Below, in pieces: positions 38,547 to 51,231 of a stretch of DNA of 64,000 nt. Under the pieces are notes generated by a model that was not told the origin of the DNA, searched no databases, and saw nothing but the letters and a program-made list of their open reading frames with translations. Each line of letters begins with the position of its first letter. Position 1 is the stretch's first letter. Position numbers and translations under genes: made by a program. The stretch is from Utricularia gibba (Eukaryota; Plantae; Magnoliophyta): the NCBI GenBank assembly GCA_002189035.1, contig CM007990.1, forward strand, positions 372,001-436,000, written 5' to 3'.

Positions 38547-41500
38547 TCACCCCAAATGGAGGCCTGGAGGGGAAACAGGGCTCGCTTCTGATTGTGATCG
38601 GTCGTCCAGGCGAGGGACAAACCGGTTGAAGAGGGTGGGTGCCAGTGGCTGAATGGGGTAGAAATGGCGTTTCAGCTCTGCTGCGTAGTCTCTAACCTCC
38701 AGTGCATTAGGGGGGTGCAGTTCAAAGACGTAGCAGATGGGGGTGGACACTGCTGCTGGTTGTTTTGTGTCCATGGTGTCCTGCAGCTCCCCCAGGCTCA
38801 TTTCATCGTAGGGAAATGATGAGGAAAGGAAGAAGAAGCTGTCCCTCGCAATGGTTTCCACCTGATGCAAAAACACATTGGCTGAATCAGAAAGGAATAG
38901 TAGATTTCTAGTGCTGCTGGGGGGTGTTTAGATCTCCAGTGACATGATTACCTGCAACCGGGAAAAGCGTATGCTGTTCATGGTGAGAATCACTTGCACA
39001 TCCTCCAAGGAATTCGCTAGTATGCGAATGGCTAGGTAACTGAAGAAGTTCTGAACTGGGATTTGTTGTAGTTCTTCACCATTAGCAAAGCTAGGAATCC
39101 ACCACACACATTTGACATCTTCCCAGGGGACCTTGTTCTCGTCTTGCCTAGCCATTATGGTTTGGTGTGGATGGCTCAGTCCCCACAGAATCTGAATTTC
39201 ATCCAGTGGAGGATTTACAGTGAAGGGATCAGCCTGTGGAGTGGTGGAGACTATACAAGACGGTTCATACAGAAGAGCGAGGTTTGAAGACAAGCGCAGA
39301 TCCACATCGTCCAATACTAGCACAACACCTTGGGAGGGAGCAGGAAATAGCTGCAAAAGATTTTCGGCATCGGCAATTTCATCTTCAGGGAGACAAAGGT
39401 CACTAATGCTGTAAGGTATGGCGGTAGGTTCCACATCATGGGAAAAGAAGCATGAATCTCCATTTCGGCATCCCTGCACACAGGATACACCTTACCTTAT
39501 GGAGAAAGACAAGCATCAGAGGAATTAAGTTCGGGAACAGGCACAGTTCACATTGGTTGCGAGGCAGAAAAGATGATACATACCTTCAAGGAGAAAAAAA
39601 AATTGCAACGTGGCTTTCTTGCTGAGAGCTCGTGAGAAAATGGGCATTCATTGCCCCTGTTACAAGTCCCATTGACAAAGTACCTACACAATGGCGCCCT
39701 CCCATCTGCTTCATGTCCATTATTATGATACGCATACTCATTTTGATTTTTTGAAACATCAACAGCAAGCTGGATTCGCATCTATATTTCAAGGGCTTTG
39801 TGAATATATCATCAGCATAAAATAGTTTCTTAACAATAATCAAGGAACCTTTACCTCTTTGACTGTAGATCCAAGCTTCCTGGATATCTCATTCACACAG
39901 AAGTCGCCAGGTCCAACAAACGGTGCAGCAATGCACTTTGGCGTATCTTCATACCCAATCTCATCATCTTCCAGGGATAAACTGCCAATATCTATATTCT
40001 TCGCAGAATCAAGAACACATGAATGCTGGAATCCGGATGGCTCATAGTAAACTGGAATGCTATTGGATATAACCAAACACTGGGGCCGATATCGATGTAG
40101 AGAATTTATGATTTCATCATCTGAAAAAAAAAAGATAAAAGAAAATACCATATTAAGAAAATAGTCAAGATAACAGAAGGGATGCGATGGTATACATGTT
40201 TCATTGACTTGTTCAAGCGCAGGCAAGACAAGTTGATGAAAGGAGCACCATTCCTCTTCAACAATCCGAATGAGACTTTTTATTTCCTTGGTCTCATTGA
40301 CATTAAAGATGTTTCGGAGTCTGTTAAAGCGGGACGTATCCTAAGCAGCAACACAATGACACAAAACATGACATTAAAATATGTGAAAAAAAGCATCAAA
40401 GAATTATCAGCAATGAAGAAAGGACATGACATAAGAATAAAAATATACCTTGAAAGCACATTGCCAAAATTGAAATGCACAAAAGTTGGCCATATATAAT
40501 ACCTCCAGGCCACCAAGGACAGCATTTTTACCATTTACACGATAGTAGCTATCAGTACAGTCCATCGCCTAACACAAAAAGTGAGTGATGTCTAAGCAGT
40601 GATAGGAACTGCAAGATTGAAAAGCAAGGTATTACCATGGCCTGACCAAACGGGCGGTGAATGGGCAAGGGCTGTAGATCCATCAATATTCCAAAAATAA
40701 TGCCTTCCCGCAGCATCCCCATGTTTGCAAGCTTCAGGATAAGGACAGACGCGTTGAATGATAGGCAGAAACTGGATAGTAATTGCCCATAATATGTTGG
40801 TGCATAACGGCCTCTATATGGTTTCTCTAATGCCTTCATTTGAACCAGCAAATCTAAAGCATCCTGAACAACATTGTGATCTGGAGGATCCATGGCTTTC
40901 TGAAACAGTGCTGAAACAAAGGAAAGATCAATATACATTTTCAAATCAGTGGAACAGCCAACCATAAACACCTAATGCCACAAACAACAAGTACTTTCAG
41001 GTTTTTCCTCTCCTAATGCCTCATGAAAAACTGTTAATTTTAACTTTCCTTTTCACTGCACCCACACATTCAATAGTCAAAATGCATCAAACATGCGACG
41101 AGGTTAAATTTAAGATTCCAGATAAAGATCTAGTAAGAAATGTAGCAAAATTCTGGTAGCAGCACAATTATTGAATCACCTTTGGGATCATTAATTATTC
41201 TAGACTCTGCACAACACAAGAGAAGAGTCTGCTGCCTCAGTGACAGCTTTAACAATGCAGGGGACTCAAAATCATCCAATTGACCATAAAATGATTCAGT
41301 TACTAGTCGATAAATCAAACCATCACATGTCCGACCAGTTCTCCCTCGACGTTGTTCAGCCTGCACACACAAAAGAACATGCAGCCATTCCATATACATG
41401 TATTGTTCGGGTGTAATGAATCTCTGCCAACAATTACCTGTGATTTCGAAACCCAAACAAGCATTGCTGAGTCTGTCTTTAGATTGTTGTCCCAAAAAAC

Positions 41501-43678
41501 TTGCAAAGACCGGCAAGAATCTATCACATACCCCACTTTAGGTATTGTAACAGAAGATTCTGCAATGTTTGTGGCAAGTATTACCTGGAACACAAATATT
41601 TATAAAAGAAAATCAATTGAAATATAGAACAGCGCTGAGTCTTCTTCAATATTTTCTGCCAGATAAAAGAAATTCAATGAAGAAGACACATAACCTTGCG
41701 ATGGGACTTCCAGATCTTCATGGATTTGAGAGCTTGTTCTGTATCAATACTACGATGCAAGATGTGAACTTTGAAATCCTTACTGAAAGGCTTCAACAAG
41801 GACCACTGTTGCTCTAGTGACTGATAAGTTGGAAGAAAAACCAATATGCTCTTTTCAATATCTGGTTCATTTTTGTGAGTATGCAAAATCAAATCATGTA
41901 TCAGATGATGAACTTCTGCTTTGAAAACAGCATTAGCCTTTCTTGGGCTAGGACCAGAGCAGTATTTAGAAGAAAGGCTATCACAGTTCATCCCAAGAAG
42001 TTCATTAACCTGCTTGTTAGGAAAAAAATGATTAGAAGAGCAAGATGATTCTGTAAACATGTGAACTACAAACAAATGACCTTTATCTGTAATTATGTGT
42101 CATAATCTCTCAAAACTTTGGCCATTTCTTCATCAAAAATTTGATGGTATAAAATATGTAACACAAGAAGACAACCCTCAAGAATTTTCCAAATAATTCT
42201 TGTTCGTTTACTCATTGCAAAATGAGTTTTCACAGATTTTCGTACTGTATAACTATCCTCACATAAAAGGCGAAATGAAGGCCTTCTCAAAAGAAGACTT
42301 GCAACAAATCAACCATACAGAGGATATAGGGAAAAAATAACCTGGTCCAGGTACACCACTTTTTTCTGAAAGGAGATATTCTTTTCAGTACTAGGGATCG
42401 CAAGAACTTCAACCCTTTCACCCCTTCCAAGATCCTTGAAGTATTCACGGTACCTTGTGATATCTGCCGTTGCAGACATCAAAACCACCCTGGAGAATCA
42501 TACTCGGAAGTTTTATGCTAAGGGTAAACCAGGAAGGTGGACAAAAGCTCGTTTCCTTGTGAGAAAAAAAAAATGCAATACAAACTGGAGAGATCAGTAT
42601 ACCTCAAGTCATGCTTTTTAAGTAGAAACTGCTTTATGCAAACAAGTACAAGATCAGACTCTACAGATCTTTCATGCACCTCATCCAAAACAATAACCTT
42701 GTATTTAAGGGCATTCAACCCTTTCTCTTGCATTTCATCCAACAAAACCCCAGCTGTTTTGAAGATAATCTTGGACCTGAGCAAAAATTTTTTAAAAAAA
42801 TCACCCAGAGTACTTAGATGGCTGAAGTACTGAAAAAAAAAATGGAGATAATCATGCAAAGAAAAATTACACCGAGTTGATTGGCAGTGGAATTTTTTTT
42901 AAAATAAGTGTTACGACAGAGTATATGGCCAACCATCAAACTTATATTGCCTTCCTGCAAACGCGTAGAATGAAACTAGGCATAAGACACTTACCGCACG
43001 GCAGAGTTGAAACTCTATTAAAGCAAAATAATTTCATTCCCAGCTTACATTTATTTATTTTTAATTAATGATTAACCAGTATCACAAAAAAAAATCACAT
43101 TAACGCATGCAAAAATAGTATCAAATAACGAGATCCACGAAAATGGTGGATTCGCACTTTATGATCAATGACTAGCATCAGCGATTCACACGTCTAACCT
43201 GGTGGAGAAAGCCCTTGAATGGCCAATATGGTATCCAACTTCTTCACCTACCTCACATTTACGAATACCTGCCACCATTTTAGCAACCGCCACTACAGCA
43301 AACCTCCTCGGCTGCGTGCATAGTATAGGTTCAATATTCTTCTCAAGCAGAAATTGCGGAACTTGAGAGCTCTTACCTATGATTCATCCATCGATAACAA
43401 AGAAAGATCATTTACCATCCGTAGCAGGAAAATGAAAAAAAAAAAAAAGATCCTACGGATACTAGTGCAACAGATCATCCCCAGTTTCTAAAATCTTGAA
43501 ATACACTCAAGAAAAAGAGCAGTAAAGAAAAAGAGCAGAGACCGCAGCCGGTTTCTCCAACAATAAGAGTAACACGATTCTCCATAATCTTCTCGACGAT
43601 TTTATCCTTCATCGCCAACACCGGAAGCGCAGAGAAGTCAGGCAACGCGGCGGGTGCCGGCGTCGGAGAAGACCCCAT
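38547..43678 (-). CDS. DExH8: DExH-box RNA helicase with two C-terminal CCCH zinc fingers (DExH8/C3H31 type)
   Basis: ATG 43678. Motifs GETGCG|GKSSQ, CTQPRRFA, LDEVHERS, MSATA, LVFLPTY, ILATNIAESSVTIP, QRRGRTGRT; zinc fingers CRYFVNGTCNRGNECPFSH and CNFFFSLK|GCRNGDSCFFSH. The exact stop is uncertain. Confidence 0.9.
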
Positions 43679-44435
43679 TTTGATACAAAAACCGCTGAGC
43701 GGGGGCGTCAACTCAACAGCATGCTCAAGTGGCGGCGAGCAGAAAGGAGAATACTCGCCCGCGCCCACTTTGTGCTACTTTCCAGGCTTCTCTGATTAAA
43801 TTCATAAACCGTTCGCTTCATTTCACTTAGCGCAAGCCCTAAATTAGCCGTTACGTAATATTTGTATCCTTTTTTTAATTCATCTATTTTGTTTTTTGAT
43901 CACTGTTAATTCATCTATTCATTTTATTTGAATTATTTATATTTAGAATATAATTAAATTTCATTTTGATACATAAATTTTGAATACATATATTTAAAAT
44001 AATATAATATTTGATAAATATATTTAAAGTAAATATTTTACAAAAATCATTTAGAATGGGAAATTTGAAATACTTAATTTGAATCGTTTTACAGTATTTT
44101 TGTAAAATACTTGTGTATTATTAAATTAATCTGCCTAACATATATGAACAGTTAAACAAACTTATCAAATGTTTCTTAAAGACATATTATTAATAGCTAG
44201 TATTAATAAAAAGATATTGATGAATATATTAAAATTTCATATTTATTTCATAATGAAACTTTTAATAATTCTACTTTTTATTTTTTACTATCTATATGAC
44301 ATTTTTAGTCTCCATTTATTTTTTATTTATAATAAAAGTAATAAAAAACGATAACAAAAAAAAAATTTAGAAAGAGAATTGGGCCACGACAACTCCAGCA
44401 GAAAAACAGGCAAAGCTCGAATTTGGCCGACGATA

Positions 44436-45227
44436 ATGGCGATGAAGGTGCACGGGCACCCTGTGTCTCCGGCAGTGCGACGCGTGGTGGGTTGTCTGGA
44501 AGAGAAGGGCCTGCCGTACGAGTTCGTCTTCGTTGATCACGTAACAGGCCAACAGAAGACGGAGCAATTCCTTTCTCTCAATGTAAAATCTGCACTGAAC
44601 TTCGTCTGCTGAACAAGGGAAGAAAACGTGGAGTGAACTTTTTCTGTTGTTTTGCAGCCGTTTGGGAAAGTTCCCGCCTTCGAAGATGGAGACTTGAAGC
44701 TCTTCGGTAAGGATCCATGAAAATGAGAGAACCTTGACCGGGTAGAGTCTCGCTGAGTTTCGGTTGTGGGAATTGCAGAATCGCGGGCGATTAATCAGTA
44801 CATCGAGCGAGCCTATGGAGATGAGGGAACTCCGCTGATACCCGCGAATCCCAAGGAAGCGGGGTTGGTGATAATGTGGACGGAGGTTGAATCCCACCAG
44901 TTTGATCCAACGGCGGTGAAGCTGTCGTTCGAGATACTGATCAAGCCGATGCGGGGGATGGTCACCGACGAGGCTGAAGTGGAGAATCTGACGGAGAAAC
45001 TGGGTTCAGTCCTCGACATCTACGAGGCGCGGCTGAAGGAGTCCAAGTTCTTGGCAGGGGAAGAATTCACCTTGGCAGATCTGAGCCATCAGCCTGTTGT
45101 GAGCAGCCTAATGGGAACCAAAATCAAGGATGTCTTCGAGGCTAGACCCAGCGTCAGCAGATGGGCAAGGGAGATTTCGGCCCGACCCGCTTGGCAGAAG
45201 ACCTTGGAGAAGATGAAGTTCCCCTGA
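44436..45227 (+). CDS. GSTF: Phi-class glutathione S-transferase
   Basis: Three exons with the typical phi intron positions: MAMKVHGHPVSPAVRRV..FLSLN|PFGKVPAFEDGDLKLF|ESRAINQYI..VESHQFDP..LDIYEARLKESKFLAGEEFTLADL..SARPAW. Confidence 0.95.
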
Positions 45228-45752
45228 ACTGCAACTGCAAGCCAATCTCAGTATTCTTGCATCCCCATTATGCCTGTTTGGGGTTCAGGTCTCCCAATAA
45301 TGTCACATACCTTGATTTCCCATGAACCAATAAAGCTCAACTTCCTGTGTGCTGCGGCGGCGCGTGAAACAAAAAAGAATACGGTGGGCGATTGGGGTTT
45401 AAGGCTTGGGCTGGAGATTGAAAAAAAGCTGCGCCATTTATCATAAAACAGAACATACAATTCCAAGGCTCTATATACAGAGCAATCTCTTCTTCAAGAT
45501 CGGCGAGAACAGCACAGAGGAGATAGAGTTGCAGCAGTCTCACACAAATGTCCATCATGCAAAAATAAGTAAATAAATAACAAGCAAAACTCAATCGGTT
45601 TTATGCAATCCAAGTGTCTGAGACTGCAAGATATGTTCTTGTGTGTTGCTCTCTTCCTCCAGTCCACAAGGAGAGACAGCAATAGAGAGATCTGTCCTTC
45701 CTGCGGCAGTAAATGAAGGATGTCCGGGAATAGTTAGTGCTGCTTACGTTCC

Positions 45753-46659
45753 ATGGAAGGCAGGGCTGTCTCTGTATCGCTGGGAGTGAGGAAAGGAGCG
45801 TGGAGCAAAGCAGAGGATGCTAAGCTGAGGAACTGCATCGAGACCTATGGAGAAGGGAAGTGGCACCTCGTTCCCTCCCGAGCAGGTTCAGTGTTCGAAG
45901 TGAGTCGCTTTTTCTAGTTCCTTTTTTTTCTAAAGCTTTCACCTTTTGTACTGCAACACAGAATTGAACCGGTGCCGGAAGAGCTGCCGGCTACGATGGT
46001 TGAACTATCTACGACCCAATCTAAATCGAGCTTCTTTTTCAGAAGATGAAGTCGATCTTCTCATCCGCCTTCAGAAACTGTTAGGCAACAGGTAAGTTGC
46101 ATGTGTGTTGATCTCCCGGATAAACACTTGTCCCCAATTTAAATCGAACCTCTTTATCGTTTTTTCTGAGGAGAGAGGGGTTTACTCAAGTCCGATGAAG
46201 CAGTTTCAGAGGATAATAAGCTTACCGGTTGTCTTTCTTGTATTATTCAGGTGGACTCTCATCGCCGGAAGGCTGCCGGGAAGGACTGCAAACGATGTGA
46301 AGAACTTCTGGAATTCACACCAACTGAAGAAGGCAAAGGCCGCAGAGAAGAAAACCGCTGCGGCGGCGCCTGAGAAGAAACCTGAAAATACCACCGTTTT
46401 CAAACCTCAGCCACTTCGTTTGTCTGACGTACAAAAAGCATGCACTTGTTCCGATACTCCCGGGAAACCTAACAACACTCCACAAACTCACAGCATCTGG
46501 AACCCTGGAAACATGCCGGCCTCGCCGCCGTCTCTCGGATTTTTCCTTGATGACGGGTCAAACAGTTGGTGGTGGTGGGGTGATCTGCTTGGAGACAACG
46601 GGGACCAAACCCTAAACCCGCCGGAGTTGTTTCGGAGCCCTGACTCCCTAAACTATTAA
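45753..46659 (+). CDS. R2R3-MYB transcription factor, subgroup 6 (anthocyanin-activator)-like
   Basis: Three exons: [25 protein letters not shown]|[32 protein letters not shown]|[23 protein letters not shown]. The bHLH-interaction motif and the ANDV signature are intact; KPQPL replaces KPRPR. Confidence 0.88.
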
Positions 46660-46831
46660 TCAGATAATAAATTATAGGATTTATTTAAATGTCATTTTTA
46701 ATTAAATTAAAATAAAATAAGTTTTTTTAGTTTATTTGTATAATATTCGTATGGCCATTTTAATTATTTATTTTTTATAAAGAAAAAAATAGTCGATGGC
46801 TGTTTGAGATTGTTCTGGTGATGAGATTCGT

Positions 46832-49194
46832 ATGGCCGTAGCAAGTTTTGAGCTTCTGCCCTGCCACGGAAGGAGGTGCATTGTCCGCGCCTTCCAGCCG
46901 CCGTGTTGCTCGGTCTGGAGCGCAGTATCTTTCCCGTTGTCGATAACGTGGTTTGTTACCGGAAGATTGGCGCGTTCGTCTTCAATTAATTTCAAGAAAG
47001 GCTCTGTTGGCCCACTGATCCAATGCTCGCAATCTAATTCCTCTGCTTCTACTTCTCCTGAGTTTGAATCCCCACGGCTGAATCATGTGTAAACATGGGT
47101 CTATCTCTTTTCTCCAAGGGACGGGTAATTTCCCTGATGATTGGAAACTTTTTTTTTTTCATTTTGTTCTCCAATGTACTGGGGATCAGCATTTTGTGTC
47201 GTGATTGGGTATTTCAGGTTAAAGATGCTCTGGTGCAGTTTGATACAGCTCTCACATTGGATCCCAGCCCAAAAGAAGCGCAAGCTGCATTATATAACAA
47301 AGCCTGCTGTCACGCTTACAAGTTGATTTTTTGAATGCTTATTTAAATTCTCTTCGGTTGCTTATCCGTATCAATTAGAAATGTTTTTTTACTGTTTGTT
47401 GCAGGAATGAAGGAAGGAAAGCTGCTGATTGTTTGCGTACAGCTTTGAGAGAATATGGCCTCAAGTTTGGCACTATATTAAACGATCCGGATCTAGCATC
47501 ATTCAGAGCAATGCCTGAATTTAAGGAATTGCAAGAAGAGGTCATATGATTATATCTCTTGACAGTTTAAATTGTCACCCCTTTGCCTGTTGTCCTGGAC
47601 CTTTAATCAATGCTTGCCGTGTTCATTTTCTGTTTTTTTTCATCTTCAACAGGCAAGATTGGGCGGGGAAGATATAGGATATGGCTTCAGGAGGGACCTA
47701 AAACTAATAAGTGAAGTGCAAGCACCATTTCGTGGGATCCGCAAGTTTTTCTATGTAGCACTAACAGCTGCAGCTGGGATTTCATTAGTTTTCACCATAC
47801 CTAGGCTTATTCTTGCTTTTCAAGGAGGTGAAGATGCTCCTGACATATGGGAGACTTCAAAAAATGCAGCTATAAATGTTGGAGGTGAGCATCCATGAGC
47901 ATAAGAAGCAACTGAGCGATTTAATCGACATTAATGAAGCTCTTGACTCAGTATACTACAGGCATAATTGTTCTTGGGGACTATATTTTTGGGAAAGCAA
48001 CAAAGAGGAAGAACAACTTGCACAAATTACTAGGAACGAAACCCTTTCAAGGCTGCCTATTCGCCTTTCGACCAACAGAGTTGTTGAACTTGTGCAGCTA
48101 AGAGAAACTGCCAGACCTGTTAGTGACACCTCGTGGCCAACTTTCTGCTTAAAACTTAAGTTCGTTGACTTTTCTTGTTATTCGTTCTAGACATATCTCT
48201 TAGCTGGTTGTGGGCATAGGTCATCTTGGCTGGAAATAGGGAGACAGTTGATTCAGCAATGAGGAAGGCTGAGAGGTTTCGAACTGAACTTGTTAGGCGA
48301 GGGATCATTCTTGTTCCTGTTGTATGGGGCCAAGGCCGAGAAGCATTGGTGGAGAAGAAGAAGGGGTTTGGTTCCTCTCCGAAGGCAGAGTCATCTCTTC
48401 CATCCATCGGGGTATGTATTGTAATAATGAAGTTCCTGTTCAACCATAGCATGTGAAATGTCTTTTCTGTAGTTTGTTGCAAGCTAAATGCAGACATGAC
48501 AGTACTCCAGGACAATCATGTGCATGTATTTGCTGTCAAGTCATACTAAGATTGGACATAGTTTTTACAGTGACTTGTTGCTGCTGGATATATGACAGGA
48601 AGAATTCGAGGAGAGGGCTCAATCTGTCGTTGCAAAATCAAAAATCAGAGCAGAGATCCGATTTCGGGCAGAGATTGTATCTCCTGCTGAATGGGAAAGG
48701 TTGAGTTTTTCCATTACATTCTTTTGCATTCCTCATGCAGCTCTTTTCAGCTTGAATCTTTTATGTTATTTTTCTTCTGGTTGCTACTTTTTTAGGTGGA
48801 TCAGGGATCAACAAAAGGCTGAAAACATAACTCCAGGAGAAGACGTGTACATAATCCTTCGTCTCGATGGCCGTGTCCGAAAATCAGGGCGGGTTAGTGC
48901 ACCCTCACTGAAACCTCATTTATTTAAAACCCAAACGATTCATCCTAAAACAATCACGGAAGTCAACAAAAGTTCTGTTTTTTTTCCTTTACTTGCTGTG
49001 CTGGGCTTAGCCTCAAATAGATGAATTCTCTAACCTAAGAACCCCCATGTCATGCTCATATGAACCAGAAAACCCTGTATGCCATAATCTCCTCCATAAT
49101 GTGGGTTTCTGTGGATCAGGGCATGCCTGATTGGCAAGAAGTTGTGAAGGAAGTGCCTTCAATGGATGCATTTTTCAGCAAACTTGAAAGATGA
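46832..49194 (+). CDS. LPA1: LOW PSII ACCUMULATION 1 (chloroplast TPR protein)
   Basis: Transit-peptide-like N-terminus; GLSLFSKGR|VKDALVQF..YNKACCHAY; ILNDPDLASFRA; RDLKLISEVQAPFRG; WIRDQQKAENITPGEDVYIILRLDGRVRKSG; stop TGA 49192-49194. Two apparent -1 frameshifts (47070-47073, 47976-47979). Confidence 0.92.
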
Positions 49195-49645
49195 AAGCAG
49201 AATCCTGTTTCCTCCTCCTGTCTCCAGTCATGGTTTTGATGTATGTGCAGTTCATGTGCACCTGATCTGACGAATTACCTCAGGTTCCTTGTTTATGCTA
49301 CGCTCATATCCCGGTTTATCCATTTTTGCACGAGCTTTGCCTTTCATCATCATCCTAGAGCACCTGAACTATAGTTGGTCTCCCAGGGATGGGGAAAAGT
49401 ACTTGAAATAATTGATTCCTCATGCTTCTAAATATGTGTTTGTTTTTGTTACATGTTCATAAAAATAAGAATGCGTGGATGGACTGATGTATTAAATCGA
49501 ATTTTGGGCTTTTGGGCTCAGCCCAAGCCCGGGAGACTATGCCAATGCGTCAGCCCTAATGTCGTCGAATTCGGGGATTCTTTTCTTCTTCCGAGTTTTC
49601 TGCGTGGAGTTTACACGGACGAGTTGCAGGAGTGAATCGTGAGAA

Positions 49646-50703
49646 ATGAAGAAGAATCGTAACGATGGAAGCAATGGCGGCGGGGAGAATCAAATCAAAG
49701 ATCGGAAGAAGAGAATGAAGAAAAATATGGACCGAATGGGGGAAGGGGTGGGTTGTCGCTCGCTGCTTTCGCGAATGCCAAGACAAGGAACGAGAACTAT
49801 AACCCGGCTGTCATAAGTAAGTTTCTCTTGCAAAACCTACATTCGTATCAGATTATTTGAGTTCTGCCATGGTTGCAGTTATTCATGAAGCTAAGTTCTG
49901 TAGGAATCTGGTGTGGGTTTTCGTCTTTCTGTGGGATAATCAGTATCCATTGTCGGGTTTTAGTAACATGTTGTCCATGAGCTACACAGGCTTCACGTTA
50001 CCAGTATATTGAGTAGGAGATGGGGAAAAGGGGGATCTTGCCAATTTTTCCATTGACGCCTAGAAACCCAAGCTGAAATTTTTAAATGTTTATTGGGTAT
50101 CTGTTATCTTCTGGAGATTGTTCTGTCAGGTTCACTGTAATATGTAATGTTCCTTGATGGACGTCTCACTGACACGCAATTTGCTTCTCTAATGGCTATA
50201 GAGAAGCAAAAGGAGTTCTACAGAAATGCCAAGTTCGTGCAGAAATACAAGAGGTTGATAAACCAACAAGCTCATGTGGATGCACCTTCCACAAGCAGGA
50301 GACCATCAGAGGTGCGTATGAATCTCATTTGCATGTCAATTACGTTCAAGCCTGTGAGCATGATCTACCAGAAAAAAAAAAAAAAAAAGCTTAATGTCCT
50401 TGAGCACTGTGGTTATTGAAACAGGGCGAAAACGACGCCCATGATCCTGCTGCATTCAATAAGAAAAGCAGGAAGCAGAGCCAAAGCCTGGAGGCGTTGT
50501 ATGAGAAGACAAAAGAAGAGGAAGAGAGAGCTCGTGCGGAGCGGGCAGCCGCAATCCAGGCAAAGGCAGAAGCCAGGCAGCAAGCAGAAGCAAAGAGAAA
50601 AACCCAGAGACAGAGAATGCTGAAGAAGACCAGATCCGGCCAACCAGTGATGAAATACAGAATTGAGCATATTCTAGAAACCCTTCAAAACGAAGCAAAC
50701 TAA
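49646..50703 (+). CDS. rRNA-processing FYV7-like basic protein (At4g03180-like)
   Basis: Three exons: GGLSLAAFANAKT..NYNPAVI|KKQKEFYRNAKFV..|..RMLKKTRSGQPVMKYRIEHILETLQ*. Needs +1 G at 49738-49742. Confidence 0.75.
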
Positions 50704-51231
50704 GGAATGAAGTCCATTTTGGTGTCTTGCTTCCCGAGCGCATCACCTGAGAGCCAGCATTTTTGATTGTTTTTCTTTGTGCCCATTTCGGTTTCAATCT
50801 TCTCTGCCACATTGACAGGAAGCATGTAGACATGCCCCGAAACGAAGACCAAAGAAATGCCCATACCATGTTTTGGTTTCTTTAAATTCAAAAGAAATGG
50901 CATCTTGTGAAACCAACAAAGAACACAGAGACAGCCCGACGTCAAGAGCCAAACAGCACAGCAGCAGAGAGGGCAGGGCAGCCTTTTCTTTTGCTTCACG
51001 CCTTTCCTTGCAAATGGGCCCCGCTCGCCTTAAGACCCCTTCTTGTCGTGACGTGTGTCATGAGAACAAACAACTATAGAAAATATATATTATATATATA
51101 ATTAAAGCCATTAATTGCGTCCAAAAACCTTTTTGAAATATTCGGAAAAAAAAAAAAAAAAAGAGGGAACCCTCAGGCCGCCGGGAGGTTTCTCACCGAC
51201 GTGCTAACAGCAACGGCCATAGGCGGGGGTG

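Noticed and set aside
45248-45720. Small minus-strand gene between GSTF and MYB
   Set aside because: Short ORFs with no recognisable homology. The region is better explained as GST 3' UTR plus MYB promoter/leader.
44436-46659. GSTF plus MYB as a dedicated anthocyanin regulator/transporter cluster
   Set aside because: The GST N-terminus (MKVHGHPVSPAVRRV) resembles general stress GSTF6/7/8 types, not the TT19/AN9 clade as I recall it. A phylogeny would be needed to revive the idea.
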